A stretch of DNA of 63,191 nucleotides, counting the filler, from Welwitschia mirabilis (Eukaryota): assembly GCA_051453625.1 (NCBI GenBank). It is 5 parts of one record of this genome, joined end to end, with 100 filler letters (N's around TTAATTAATTAA, not from the genome) between each part and the next. Parts side by side here need not be neighbours in the genome. Positions count along the whole stretch, not along the records: positions 20,901 to 50,122 come from JBOZIK010000001.1; positions 50,223 to 53,648 come from JBOZIK010000001.1; 3 more parts are not named here. One strand, written 5' to 3'. The position numbers and the translations under genes are program-made. The notes beneath the pieces are model-generated. The model saw only the letters and a list, made by a program, of their open reading frames with translations, ran no database searches and was not told where the DNA came from. This document shows positions 40,400 to 53,748 of the stretch, in pieces (position 1 is the stretch's first letter; the number at the start of each line of letters is the position of its first letter).

Positions 40400-42806
40400 G
40401 CAATGATCATTAGCTTTAAAGTGGTAATGAGTTTTTGGGTTTGCTATGAGAAAGACTACATTTAGCAATAATTATTTTACCATATATAATCCTCTCCATT
40501 TAGAAATTAATTTTCTAAGAAATAAACATAATCTTGTGTTGTATAATATAATGAAATCTCTTTTTTAAAAGGTCTTCCTAAGGCTATGTTAATCATGGAG
40601 CTTTTTTATTTTTTCATTATTTATTCTTATGTTTTAATGTGCATTATTCTAAGATCATATAATTTATTAAGTTAGATTTCTCTATGATTTCCTACTACAT
40701 CAAAGTTTATGTTCATGAGGTTAATGGTCTAATAAGCTTTGTGTTTAAGTTTTATAAAGCTTTATCACAAAATAGCCTAAAAGATAAAATTCTTAATGGG
40801 TTTTATATGTAGTTCTATATGCTTATAAAATATCATTCAAGTTATAGTACCAATATTTTTTAGTTTTAGTTACCACTTTCTACAAAATGTTCTTGATTTC
40901 TCTATTGGTAATCTCAAATTATCCACTAGTTTAGGATGGTAAGGAGTGAGAAATTTATAAGTAATCCCATGTTTGGAAAATAGCTTATTAAAAATTATAT
41001 TACAAAAATAAGAATCACCAACACTAATTAGGACTTTTAGAAAATCAATTCTAGTTAAAATATACTTCTTAAACAATTTCACTACCATTTGAGCATCATT
41101 ATTTTTACAAGAATAGCATTTGATCTACTTAGTTACATAGTCGACATAGTTTAAGATGTATTAGTATCTATTGGAAGAAGGATAAGGGTATTGGAAATAA
41201 ATTCTCCACACATCAAATGATTTAACAAAAAGGATGGATTTTAGTAGCATTATATATCTCCTTGTAAGACTTCCAATTTTTTGACAGTTCTCACAAGAAT
41301 TACAATAAAGATAAAGTCTCTAAAAATCAAAGGCTAATATATTTCAAATTAAATAATATTAGTAATGGATTTATTGGTAGGAAAAATATCACAAACCTTA
41401 GAATGATAAATCTTAAGAATATTATGAATTTTAGATTGTGAGATGCATCTATGATTGATTTAATAAGGATAATATTTGAAAAGATAAGGGTTATTTTAAA
41501 AGAAGTACTTTTCTTGGCTTAAGAATTTCTTCCTATCATTGGAAGTTAATTGATAANNNNNNNNNNNNNNNNNNNNNNNNNNNNNNNNNNNNNNNNNNNN
41601 NNNNNNNNNNNNNNNNNNNNNNNNNNNNNNNNNNNNNNNNNNNNNNNNNNNNNNNNCTATCATTGGAAGTTAATTGAGAAGGGATAATTTTAGAGATTAA
41701 GTAATTATTAATATTATCATAATAAGAAGTTTTTAAGATGGAGAAAAGATATTTGTCAAGAAAATATTCATTAATAGGATCTAAATGATGCAAAATGTTG
41801 TAAAGAATCTTGAAATATTATTGTCAACTACATTATCAAATCTTTTTTGTTTTTTTTAACCTTTGATATCCAAGTCAAATTATTATAATAGTAAAATTCA
41901 CATAATTAACTTATGCTTATAACCTTTCTTAGTAAAAGGGTATCTCATGGCTAAATGATCAGTGTAAGCTATGATCTTAAAACTAAGAAGATATTGCCTA
42001 AATTTATCTAAAGCAAAAGCAAGTACAAGAATTTTACTTTTTATGATAGTGTACCCAAGTTAGTTTTCATTCAATGTTTTACTAACATAATGGATTACTA
42101 TAGGTTTTCTTTCAAATTTTTAGCCTAATATTGTAGTAATATCATAATTACTAGAGCTACACATGATTTTAAAAGGTAGTTTCCAATTGGGTAATTGAAT
42201 GATTATTGTTGTATTAAGTTTTATTTAATCTCATCTAAAGATTATTGATAATTACGTGTCCACTCAAAAGAATTATCTTTACTAATAAGTTCACAATGAG
42301 TTTGGAGATTTTAATAAAGTTTTAATTAAATATCTTATAGTGTTTTACATATCTAAGAAAATATTGAGTATATTTCAATTTTTAAGGGATAGGAAGATGG
42401 ATAATTAATGAAAATTTAATAGATCTACTTGAATTCCTTCTTTAAAAATGATGTTTCATAAGATGATTTCTTTGTTGACCATGAAATAACACTTTCTATA
42501 GCTTAAAGCAAGGCATTTTTTAATGCATCTCAATATGATAATTTTAAGACTATAAAGGCAATAATTGCAAGACATTCCATAATAGAAATGTCATTCATAA
42601 ATATCTTTACATAATATTCTAATGAGTCAAAAAAGATACTAAGCATGCAACATTGAAAAGTGACAAGAGCATTACAAAAACTACCTGACACACTTTTATT
42701 GGTAAAAGTTCCATAAGCACAAGTAAAAGTAATTTTCTCTTGGTCCTAAAGGATAATATCTATTTGGTTGTAGCTTTAATATATATTCAAAAAATAATAG
42801 AAAGAG
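40400..42806 (-). pseudogene. pol: Decayed Athila-like pol (RT, RNase H, integrase)
   Basis: Minus strand FCNALVTFQ, KIFMNDIS (compare EVFMDDFS), YTDHLAMRY, FDVW and HGITYKFLTPYHP. Confidence 0.85.
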
Positions 42807-45800
42807 TGTAAGGAATATTGAACTTAGAGGAAAGAGGTAAATGAGGTCTACCAAATAAAAATCATAATAGAATTTAAATAAAAATATGTAATAAAGACCT
42901 CATCAAATTAATTTGGTTTTCCAACCTAGGTATGTACACACATAGAGGGTAATTTTTCTTCACATCTATATGTATCCTTAATCTATAAAACAGAGGTTTT
43001 AGAGTACCATATAAATGAGATGCTCCTTACAAGACATGACTTTCTTCCCCTCATAGATCATAATAGATAAAGATAAATTCATACTCACAAGCACTCAAGA
43101 AAGCATACTTATATAAGGGTTGTCTCATAGTTTGGAGTTTCAAGCAAGGATCCTAAAGAAAATAATAAGTAATAGACTATAGTTAATTAATTTAAAAATA
43201 TAATAGTCTTATAGAGAAGTGCCAATAAACAATGCTAACAAGAAGAAAACAACAAGTCTAAAAGATATCACTTTAATGGAATGCTTGAGTTCTTCTTATT
43301 ATAGTCACTCATGAGTATTTAAGATCAAAGTGATGCATTTGTAGGAGATCCAATAATCGAGTAGTATATTCATCAAATGTTCCTTTCCATCAAGGTCATA
43401 AAAAAATCTTCATGAGTAGTGCTAATTAGCTATGTGTGTAATTCTTTTTCTTTATACTTCATGTCTTTTATACTTTCAATGAATTTCTCACTTTAATATA
43501 GAGAGATAATGATTTAAAAATGTTTAAATACTATGCAATAACTAAAAAATGGCTAATTTTTAATCATTCAATGACTATTTTAATTTTCATCAATTTTTTG
43601 GAATAGACATCTTTAACATAGTAAACATCTCTATCAGGAAGACATCTTCATTGTGAAAGATGACTTTGGTTAAATTTTATATTTTAATAAGAATTAAAAT
43701 ACTATATCTCTAACCCTTAGATATCATAAATTTAATGTGTAAAACTTGTCTAATTCCTTGGAATGTAGATAATTCATCATAGTATAATTTGTGTCTATTA
43801 AATATTTTAGTTTAGAATAGATGTCTTTGATTCTATAGACATATTTCAATAGTTAAGGTAGTATAGACATCTTTAATTGTTAGACTTATTTCACTTATTC
43901 CATCTCCTTGGTTAAATCTAGATGTCTTTCCCTATGATGAAGTATAATCTAGTATAGATGTCTTTGATATAGTAGTTGTCTTTACTATAGATATCTTTAT
44001 ATATGTAAACATCTTTAGTTAATTGTATTTGTTCTTTATGAATTCTATGCTAAAGCTTTTATGTACCTTAAACTTTGATATTTGACTAGCTTGATCATAT
44101 TTGCAATTTAGTATTATCCAATTTTTCCTATCTACATATTAAACACATCACATTTGATAAATAAAATCATCAAAACTAGATTTTACCAATAATCTTCCTC
44201 TTTTTAATGATGTTTTAAACTTGGTAAGTCTCATTAGTATAATTATGTTTCAAAATTTACTTGAGATAATTTAATCCAAGAGAAGACACAGTGTATATTA
44301 CAAGTTTCACAAATTAAAAAATATTTGATAATCATATCGATAAATATTTGCAAGAGAGTAAACAAGAGGTGGTGCAAATGGATTAAATTACTAAGAACAT
44401 GTCAAAACATAAATTATACTACATACAAGGAGAAATATAATAATAGATAAAAAAAGATCATTAGAAATCATCATTAAATGTGTACCAATATGTAAAAGTA
44501 AGCATCAATAGTGATGTCATACCTAGGAAGTCCAATTCATCCATCTCAAGTTCACATCCTCTAAACTCATATAGGATGTTCAACAATGTTAAATCTGATT
44601 TATGCATATTCTTTCCATTTTTAGATAGCATAAAATGTTCAAGTCACTAAGAGTTAAGTCATTAGTGTACTGAGTGCCATCTTCTATATCATCACTATTA
44701 TCATCACTATCCTTGATGATGAAGGTTTAGATGATGTATGAGGAAGATTATGTGGATCAAGGTATGTACCGCTTTTGAGATGACCACTATGATGGCTTAC
44801 CTTAGCCCTAAGAGACCTGTATCCTCATATGAAAGCATGAGTAAAGGGTAATAAAGGTGCTAAAGAAGCTATAAGTAGTAGTATTTGCAAACAAAATAAG
44901 ATTAGTGTGGAGTAGTACTAAGAGATGGAGGAGTTCTAAGAAGTAAAGCATGAATGGAAACAGTGAGAGATGGTGGTGAAGATGGAAGATGAGGTAGTCA
45001 TGGTATACTAGATGGTAATCAAGATTATGTGGGATGGTGAATGGATAGTTTGCAATAAGGCCTATAAATAATGANNNNNNNNNNNNNNNNNNNNNNNNNN
45101 NNNNNNNNNNNNNNNNNNNNNNNNNNNNNNNNNNNNNNNNNNNNNNNNNNNNNNNNNNNNNNNNNNNNNNNNNNGCATCAATAGTGATGTCATACCTAGG
45201 AATTCCAATTCATCCATCTCAAGTTCACATCCTCTAAACTCATAGAGGATGTTCAACAATGTTAAATCTAATTTATGCATATTATTTCCATTTTTAGATA
45301 GCATAAAATATGCTAGTCACTAAGAGCTAAGTCATTAGTGTACTGAGTTCCATCTCCTATATCATCACTATTATCGTCACTATCCCTAATGATGAAGGTT
45401 TAGATGATGTATGAGGAAGATGATATGGATCAATGTATGTGCCGCTTTTGAGATGACCACTATGATGGCTTACCTTAGCCCTAAGAGACTTATCTCCTCA
45501 TATGAAAGCATGAGTAAAGCGTAATAAAGGTGCTAAAGAAGCTAGCAGTAGTAGTATTTGCAAAAAATATAAGATTAAGGTGGAGTAGTACTAAGAGATG
45601 GAGGAGTTCTAAGAAGTGAAGCATGAATGGAAACAGTGAGAGATGGTAGTGAAGATGGAAGATGAGGTGGTCATGGTATACTAGATGGTAATTAAGATTA
45701 TGTAGGATAGTGAATGAATAGTTTGCAATAAGGCCTACAAATGATGAGAGGATCATCTCTCTAGCTCTTAGAGTCCACCTGCTACTTTTCTTGAGTCTAC

Positions 45801-48800
45801 GCTAGAGTGTGCTGATTCTCCTATGGTTATACCAGAGCTTGGTGCTCCTATTGAAGGTGTGATTTCTTTTTTATAAATTCTTTAATTCTTAATTTTACCT
45901 AAATAATAACCAAAATAAAGAGGTGCAAGGGGTGCCTATACCTTGAATTCCTCCTTTAAATTAGGCCAAGTGGGAGTTTCCATGAATTTCCAACTACCTA
46001 TAGGTGCCTCTCCCTTACTAGCTACATATTGGAGATTATTCAATCTCAAAAGATTATGTTCAATCTTATCTACCATTTTCACAATTACCTTAAAACAATT
46101 CTTTATGAATGAGGAATTTTGAGTGACTATAGAATAAGAGTGCTAAAATTATACCTTAGAAGGTCTCCTACTTGTGCCTTCACTTACCAATATTAAAGCT
46201 CACCACTTCTTACTAAACTCGAAAATAAGCTTTCTGGGATGAATGAGATTAACCTATGAAACTAAGATGCATTACTAATTATTAGGCTAATCAAATGAGA
46301 GTGATCCATAGTTTACCCCTTATGGAAGAAACTAATGATATCCATGCATAATATAAATCTAAGATCAATCTTCATTCCTATAAAAATGCAGTATATCATA
46401 AAAGTTTATATAAGGCTATAATGGCTATAGCTACTTTCTTAAATTAGTATATTATGAAATTTAACTAAACTCAAAATGGATGCATCAGATACCATATCTT
46501 TGCATTTTACATTCTCATAAAACTTCATCTTCAAATGTCCAAAGATAACATTACTTCATGAAAGCTATAAAATCTTAAGAGAGTAACATGTAAAAATATC
46601 TTTGAAGAAATGCATNNNNNNNNNNNNNNNNNNNNNNNNNNNNNNNNNNNNNNNNNNNNNNNNNNNNNNNNNNNNNNNNNNNNNNNNNNNNNNNNNNNNN
46701 NNNNNNNNNNNNNNNTACATTCTCCTAAAACTTCATCTTCAAATGTCCAAAGATAATATTACTTCATGAAAGCCATAAAATCTTAAGAGAGCAACATGTA
46801 AAAATATCTTTGAAGAAATGCATATATAATTGTAAAAGCTCTAAATGATATATTTTTAGAATGAAATTGATAAAACTAGATGTAAGAAAGATAAAAGTAC
46901 CTTAAACTTAAGTTTAAAAAGTCCTAGTACTATCACATATCTAATGAATATTTTCATAGAACTCATGAACAATGGAGTATTCCAACCAAGAGAATAAAAA
47001 TAAGAAAGGATCTAATCTTTCTTGTGCTTTTGGAAGCCAAGAGTTATTTTTTGTAATAATGGAGTTTCTAGTCTAGATTTTAAAATGTTTTGTAGCTAAC
47101 TCATGATAGAACTGTGGTTTATATTGCATTTTTATGTGTTTTAGCAATACGTTCTTTACCTTTTGAGGTATTAAAGGGATTTTTACTCATCATTTTAAAG
47201 GAAAAATACTAAAATAACTAAAATTTGACAAGAAAAGATAAAATAATTAGTGAAAAAAAGCATCTAAGGATTTGATTTACTAGCTATGAAGACTTCTTCC
47301 AAATCTAAGCAATCTATGCTAAGATATTTAAGAAAAAATAGGTAATAGAGGACTCTAATAGGGAAATCTACGAAGTGAAAGATTAAGAATAATGGACTAT
47401 GATTTCTTTCCTAAATACAAAGTGTTAAAAACCTCATTTTGACACACATTTTATTTTTGGATATAGTACATGAAAGACATCTACTATTATAAATATGTCT
47501 AAAATGATAAAAGTCAAGATCTATCTCTTTTAAAGCCATCTTTTGATAATAATTTTTAATGGTTAACTATACATTATAAATATTTCTACATACTTAAAGA
47601 GGTATATTTCCAAAAAGTGACAAAAATTTAAAAAATTATATCTAATCTTCAAAGACATATAATATACCAAAGATGTTTACTCACAAGATGTCTATAAACT
47701 AAAGACATCTTCAAGATAGATGTCTTTCACTTAAAAGATGTCTTTCCTATAAAATAAAAAATTTGAAATTTTCTATAGCTAATGTTAAGATTAGAATATC
47801 ATAGTAAAAAAAAATGATTTAAAAACATGCACCAAATCCAGAAAATTCCTTAGTACAGCTTCAAGTTTGAATACCATCACATGGACTACCTATAATGTTG
47901 CTAATGGAATGAATTCTATTTAGTTTAATCATGTTTAAATAGGTTTCTTTATTTATTTATTCTTCTTTCTCTTTCTCACTATCTAACTATGCTTGAGGAT
48001 TACTAGATGGTTGTTCAAGATGTATGAAAATATAGTCATTCTTCACACAAATAGAATTTGAGTTAGTATCATCTATTTTGATATTTATAGTCTCCTCCAT
48101 CATAGGAGTTCTATTATGAAACACTTGGTAAGCTTTACTAATCATGGAGTAACTTAAAAAAAAATACCATTATCAACTTTAGAATCAAATTTTCATAGCT
48201 TATCCTTTTCATTTAAAATAAAAAATTTCAAAGAAAATACATGAAAATCACTTACTAAGAATTTTTTACTAGACCATAGTTCATATGTGGTTTTGAAGTA
48301 AAGCATCTTACCAGATCTTGATTGGAAGCATAAAATGTATTATTAATGGCTTCCATCCAAAAATGATATGAAACTTGTTAATCATAACTCATCATTCGTG
48401 CCATTTTATTTAGAAATCTATTCTTTCTCTTAGCAACTCCATTTTGTTGTGGAGTTCTTAGTACAAAGAATTAGTGAAGGATACCAATATAAAAGTCTTT
48501 AAATCTTAACCTAATACAAAACTTAGAAAAAATGTCAAATGCCTCATCCTTATGTGCAAGAAAGAATACCCATGTAAATAAGAGTAATCATCAATAATAG
48601 TTAGATAATATCTTTTCTTACTATGACTTTCCATAGAAGATAGAATAACAGTATCAAGATGTAAAATATCTAAAGGAAATTAGTAGTGATAGAGTTTTTA
48701 TTATCAAATTTTGTCAGTGTTTACTTTCCTTTCTAGCATAAACCTAATTATCAAATCTTTACAACTTAGAAAGCCCTCTTATCATATTTTTTAGAGAAAA

Positions 48801-50122
48801 GGTTTTTATCAAGTCTTTATTTATGTATATAAGCTACCTGTGTCATAGCTTCGTTTCACCTATAGTTCTTTACAAACACTTAGTTTCCTTGTTAGAAATA
48901 CCTTAAAAAGTAGTAATATAAACATTATATTTTCTAACTCTAGATATTAACATTTTCTTTAAGTTATATTCTTTGATAACATAATCATGTTTGTTAAAAG
49001 TAACAAAGAAGTTTATATGATATAAGTGACTGAAACTTAGAAAATTATGTTGTAATCCTTTTTTAAAGAAAACATATTTTACCTCAAGTAGCTCATCTAC
49101 TTCAATGGTTCTAATACCTCTAATAGGATCCTTTATATTATCACCAAAAGTGACTACTCCTATGTTGATCTATTAAGATGGTAAAGTTGAATTTATTTCT
49201 AGTCATATGCCTTAAATACCTATTGTCAACATACCAGACCTATTTCTTTGCTGCTTATTGAGAAATTTGAGTTAAGAGAGCAAGTCTTGCTTTTGGAATT
49301 CATATCTTCTTTGGTTTAGCTTTCACAAGATGTTGTACAATACTCCTTGACCTTATGGTACTATTAGTATAATATCTAGTGTTGAATTGAAATAGACAAT
49401 TAAATTGATAATGACAACATTTACAGTAATAATAATGAATAATATTATTAATATAAATTATATGCTCATACCTTTGCTTACAGTTCCATTTGTTGAACAA
49501 ATATGCTAAAGTACTATTGGAGGCTTCATCATGGCCTAAGAAACTTTTATCATTTAGACTTCTATACTATCTAAGCATGATGATTAATGTCTTATTTTCT
49601 TGAGTAAACTTTGTATTGATTTTTTTGTATGCATAAGTTCCTATCTAATATTCTTTAATTCACACATTAGCTTATTAATCTCATCTTTAAGAGCTAAGTT
49701 TTTATATGATAATCTATTATAAGAACTTTTTTCTTGTTCATATGCTAATACATATGANNNNNNNNNNNNNNNNNNNNNNNNNNNNNNNNNNNNNNNNNNN
49801 NNNNNNNNNNNNNNNNNNNNNNNNNNNNNNNNNNNNNNNNNNNNNNNNNNNNNNNNNAAGAACTTTTTTCTTGTTCATATGCTAATACATATGAATGGAG
49901 AAATTTTTTTCATTTTATAACATACCTTTTGTGGCTTAATGAACTCTTTAGAAATGAAGTCATACCTATCTTGAAGTTTTATGCTTGTTTTGTCTTCACT
50001 TTCTAATTTAGATTCTTCCTTTTTTCCTTCATTGTCCTTTTGGATATGTACAATGGCCATGTAAGATAGATGAGATCTTTCATCACTGAATGTCTCTACT
50101 TTATTTGTATCCTCATAAACAT
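42807..50122 (-). mobile_element. SIRE-like copia element inserted into the Athila RT: 3' LTR 42807-44191, decayed extra-ORF region, integrase, protease and part of gag; RT-RH absent
   Basis: Reverse PPT ATCTTCCTCTTTTTAATGATG at 44192. Minus strand WYVDNRYLRHMT (~49200-49240), RTPQQNGV (~48435-48460) and SNIIGSPCDGIQT (~47865-47905). Confidence 0.82.
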
Positions 50123-50222
50123 NNNNNNNNNNNNNNNNNNNNNNNNNNNNNNNNNNNNNNNNNNNNTTAATTAATTAANNNNNNNNNNNNNNNNNNNNNN
50201 NNNNNNNNNNNNNNNNNNNNNN
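50123..50222. other. Assembly linker N44-TTAATTAATTAA-N44
   Basis: Same construct as 20801-20900. Confidence 0.95.
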
Positions 50223-50499
50223 TAATGTTATACCATACTTAATATATTATAAAATACTATAGTAAAATATTATAAATATGTCTTATGTAATATAATACAT
50301 ATATTTTAAATTTAATGTAATGATTTAAAATTGCAATCTTGTGTTTTAAGAGCTCAAGATAATCTCTAAAAATTATTTTATAGTTATAATGGTTGTATTT
50401 TCAATAAAATAATGCCAATAAAATGCTAAATTGGGCAAAACAAGGGGCTACAATACTCATTCAAGGCTAAGGAATTTTGTATGGGTTTCACTCATTCAA

Positions 50500-52097
50500 G
50501 GCTAAGGCTAAAATCCAGCAACATCACCCATAGATGTTGGGTCTTTGGTGGAACTTGCACCTCTGTTGAATCAAAAACAAGTGGGCCAGATCTTCCCTGT
50601 TATCCTAGTCTCATAACTTATCTGCCTCATATTATAAAATTCCTCTTTAAAAGCTTTAGCTTGACTCCGGAAAAAAAATAAATACATTTGTTTTTTTTTT
50701 AGCCTCTTCCTTTTCTTCAAGTCGAATCCCATTTCGCCTATGCCATTTGCGAAGGGGCATAATCTTTTCCTACGTATCCTTAGGCGCTGGCAGGATGGGA
50801 CCATCGGAAGGAGACATGCCAAAGATCACATCGCCACTTCCAGAGCCATTAGCGTTGACATCGAGAGAAATGGCGTACTCCTTAAAATCGAAGGGGGTTC
50901 ATTCGGTGCTTCCAAAGGGCATGGATGCTACGGTTTCATGCTATTGATTCTCCTTCAAATTTTCCATTTCCATGAATATAACTCATTATCGAATTTGCCT
51001 TTGATAGGATCCTTGGGCACATCATCCTCCAGNNNNNNNNNNNNNNNNNNNNNNNNNNNNNNNNNNNNNNNNNNNNNNNNNNNNNNNNNNNNNNNNNNNN
51101 NNNNNNNNNNNNNNNNNNNNNNNNNNNNNNNNTTTCAGCCTCTTCCTTTTCTTCAAGTCGAATCCCATTTTGCCTACGCCATTCACGAAGGGGCATAATC
51201 TTTTCCTGCATATCCTCGGACACTGACAGGATGGGACCATCGGAAGGAGACATGCCAAAAATCACATCGCCACTTCCAGAGCCATTAGCGTTGAGATTGT
51301 GAAAAATGGCATACTCCTTAAAATCGAAAGGGGTTCATTCAGTGCTTCCAAAGGGCATGGATGCTAGGGTTTCATGCTGTTGATTTTCCTTCAAATTTTC
51401 CCATTTCCATGAATATACCTCATTATCAAATTTTCCTTCGATAGGATCCTTGGGTACATCATTCTCCAAAAATGCTTGAGCAATGAAGTGAAGGATTTAA
51501 ATCTCTGGGATTCAACCTCTGTGATTGAAGGCGCAGACCGCATCCTATGTATCCTTCCNNNNNNNNNNNNNNNNNNNNNNNNNNNNNNNNNNNNNNNNNN
51601 NNNNNNNNNNNNNNNNNNNNNNNNNNNNNNNNNNNNNNNNNNNNNNNNNNNNNNNNNNGGGACCATCGGAAGGAGACATGCCAAAAATCACATTGCCACT
51701 TCCAGAGCCATTAGCGTTGACATTGGGAGAAATGGTATACTCCTTAAAATCGAAGGGGGTTCATTCGGTGTTTCTAAAGGGCATGGATGGTAGGGTTTTA
51801 TGCTATTGATTCGCCTTCAAATTTTCCTTTTCCATGAATATACCTAATTATCGAATTTGCCTTCGATAGGATCCTTGGGAACATCATTCTCCAGGAATGC
51901 TCGGGCAATGAAGCAGAGGATTTAAATCTTTGGGATTCAACCTCTGTGATTGAAGGCACAGATCGCACCCTATGTATCCTTCCTCAAGAGGCCTTGCAGA
52001 TGGGGTGAAAATGGTATTTGCCGAGAGTTCTTCCTCACATCTTAACATCTAGCGTCGGATCTGATTTGATGCATAAGAAGTTGAATGTAGATGTCAT
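50500..52097 (-). pseudogene. CLC: Clathrin light chain pseudogene, in three overlapping diverged pieces
   Basis: Minus strand, with frameshifts: MTSTF...SARPLEEGYIG.D..LQSQR...ESQRF...SDGPIL..PEDMQEK..LREWRRQNGIRLEEKE...AFKEEFYN.RQ...NRE..LFL....KFH. These match plant CLC signatures (RPFDDGYIGYDPRL.SQRF; GPILPPP.EM; LREWRRQNAIRLEEKE). Confidence 0.85.
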
Positions 52098-52495
52098 AGA
52101 AAATCCCTGAATCTGAGCTTAAAACCTATGGGAAATTTTCAGATCAAGAGCTCCCTTCACGCTCACATCTACAGAAATCTCAGTGCGCTTTCATTTGCAC
52201 TCTCTATCTCTTTGTCAGCCAAAGTTATTCGCATCTCCCTTTTTTTTTTCTTTTTTTGTTTCTATGTTGTTTAAACATGTTACTGCGTCTACGTGTTTTC
52301 TCTATTGGACTTCTTCCTTAATGCTTTTCCTTAAGTTTCTCCTCACCACGCTTGAATATTGATGCTCTATTTTTCCCCTGTTCTTTTTCTCTTCCCTTTC
52401 ATTTTTCCCTTCCAATGCTAAAATACATACAGTATGAAGAAGAGCAAGAAAAATTCATAGAGAATAAAAGCCAGCGATCAAGAGAGGAGGGTACA

Positions 52496-52626
52496 AAAGG
52501 GGTGGTCGTTGATCATCTTGCAGATTTTATCAATCTCTGAATGGAGGGAGGAGGGACTGATTTGGGAATTACAGTGAGAGAAAACCAATGAAATGGAAAC
52601 GGTCTCGATTCTTCTAGAACAGCATG
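52496..52626 (-). pseudogene. 5' fragment of a P-class PPR gene (resembles the N-terminus of Arabidopsis At3g61360); second partial copy at ~53030-53110
   Basis: SRRIETVSISLVFSHCNSQISPSSLHSEIDKICKMINDHPF versus the recalled SEIERITRIINDHPFP. Truncated before any PPR repeat. Confidence 0.5.
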
Positions 52627-53430
52627 GTTCCATGCTAATATTGCCTCGGAATCGGTCTACAACATCGACCCAACCTTCTGCAAATATCTGATAATGCAGG
52701 ACTGTTGTCCTCCCCATCCTTCTGGGCTCAATCTTGTTCAAAACATTAGATGGTTTGGGCTTTGCAAAGTGTTAAAAACACCATTTCTTTGAAATCTAGC
52801 TTCTATCAAGTTTGCAGAGGCAACCATCCAAGGAGCCATTCTTCTCCCTTACAATGCTTAGATAGATACCGTATGAAGACGAGTAGGCCCAAAACTCTTT
52901 CTATGCTATCCTTCCTCTCCAACTTCCTCNNNNNNNNNNNNNNNNNNNNNNNNNNNNNNNNNNNNNNNNNNNNNNNNNNNNNNNNNNNNNNNNNNNNNNN
53001 NNNNNNNNNNNNNNNNNNNNNNNNNNNNNAATCGAGGGAGGAGGAACTGGTTTGGGAATTACAGTAAGAGAAAACCAATGAAATGGAAACGGTCTCGATT
53101 CTCCTAGAACAGCGTGGGTTCCATGCTAATATTGCCTTGGAATCGGTCTACAACATCGACCCAACCTTCTGCAAATATCTGATAATGCAGGACTGTTGTC
53201 CTCCCCATCCATCTGGGCTTAATCTTGTTCAAAATATTAGATGGTTTGGGCTCTGCAAAGTGTTAAATACACCATTTCTTTGAAATCTAGCTTCTATCAA
53301 GTTTGCAGAGGCAACCATCCAAGGAGNNNNNNNNNNCATTCTTCTCCCTTACAATGCTTAGATAGATACTGTATGAAGACGAGTAGGCCCAAAACTCTTT
53401 CTATACTATCCTTTCTCTCCCACTTCCTCT
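52535..53430. repeat. ~390-bp GC-richer segment duplicated across a 100-N gap
   Basis: ~52535-52929 aligns with 53030-~53430 with scattered substitutions. Confidence 0.9.
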
Positions 53431-53648
53431 CACCTAAGTCCAATAAGATGAGAGTTGAATGACTTGAAGAACAGGAATTAATGGTGGAAGCCAGCAAAAT
53501 TAAATGACATTATGAGCTCTATTAATTTGATGAAAAGCTTTGTCAGAATGTCCGGAAGCTTTCAAGAGTCACTGAGGGTGAGAGAGGTATGCACTACCCA
53601 GCCAGTCCAACATGCCAAGATTTTAACAACGCTCTCTGGCAATAATAA

Positions 53649-53748
53649 NNNNNNNNNNNNNNNNNNNNNNNNNNNNNNNNNNNNNNNNNNNNTTAATTAA
53701 TTAANNNNNNNNNNNNNNNNNNNNNNNNNNNNNNNNNNNNNNNNNNNN
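53649..53748. other. Assembly linker N44-TTAATTAATTAA-N44
   Basis: Same construct as 20801-20900. Confidence 0.95.

Larger units (their letters stand above)
32427..42806 (-). mobile_element. Ty3/gypsy Athila-like element, decayed: 3' LTR ~32427-33755, long 3' region, pol; interrupted by a nested element and cut at 42807
   Basis: An Athila-like PPT/3'UTR motif (ACAACCACAACTAATCTTTTGCTAG) lies at ~33756, and pol motifs are on the minus strand. The left boundary is approximate. Confidence 0.7.

Noticed and set aside
50740-51809. Plus-strand ORFs of 66-152 aa
   Set aside because: They are antisense shadows of the clathrin light chain pseudogene, and several span gaps.
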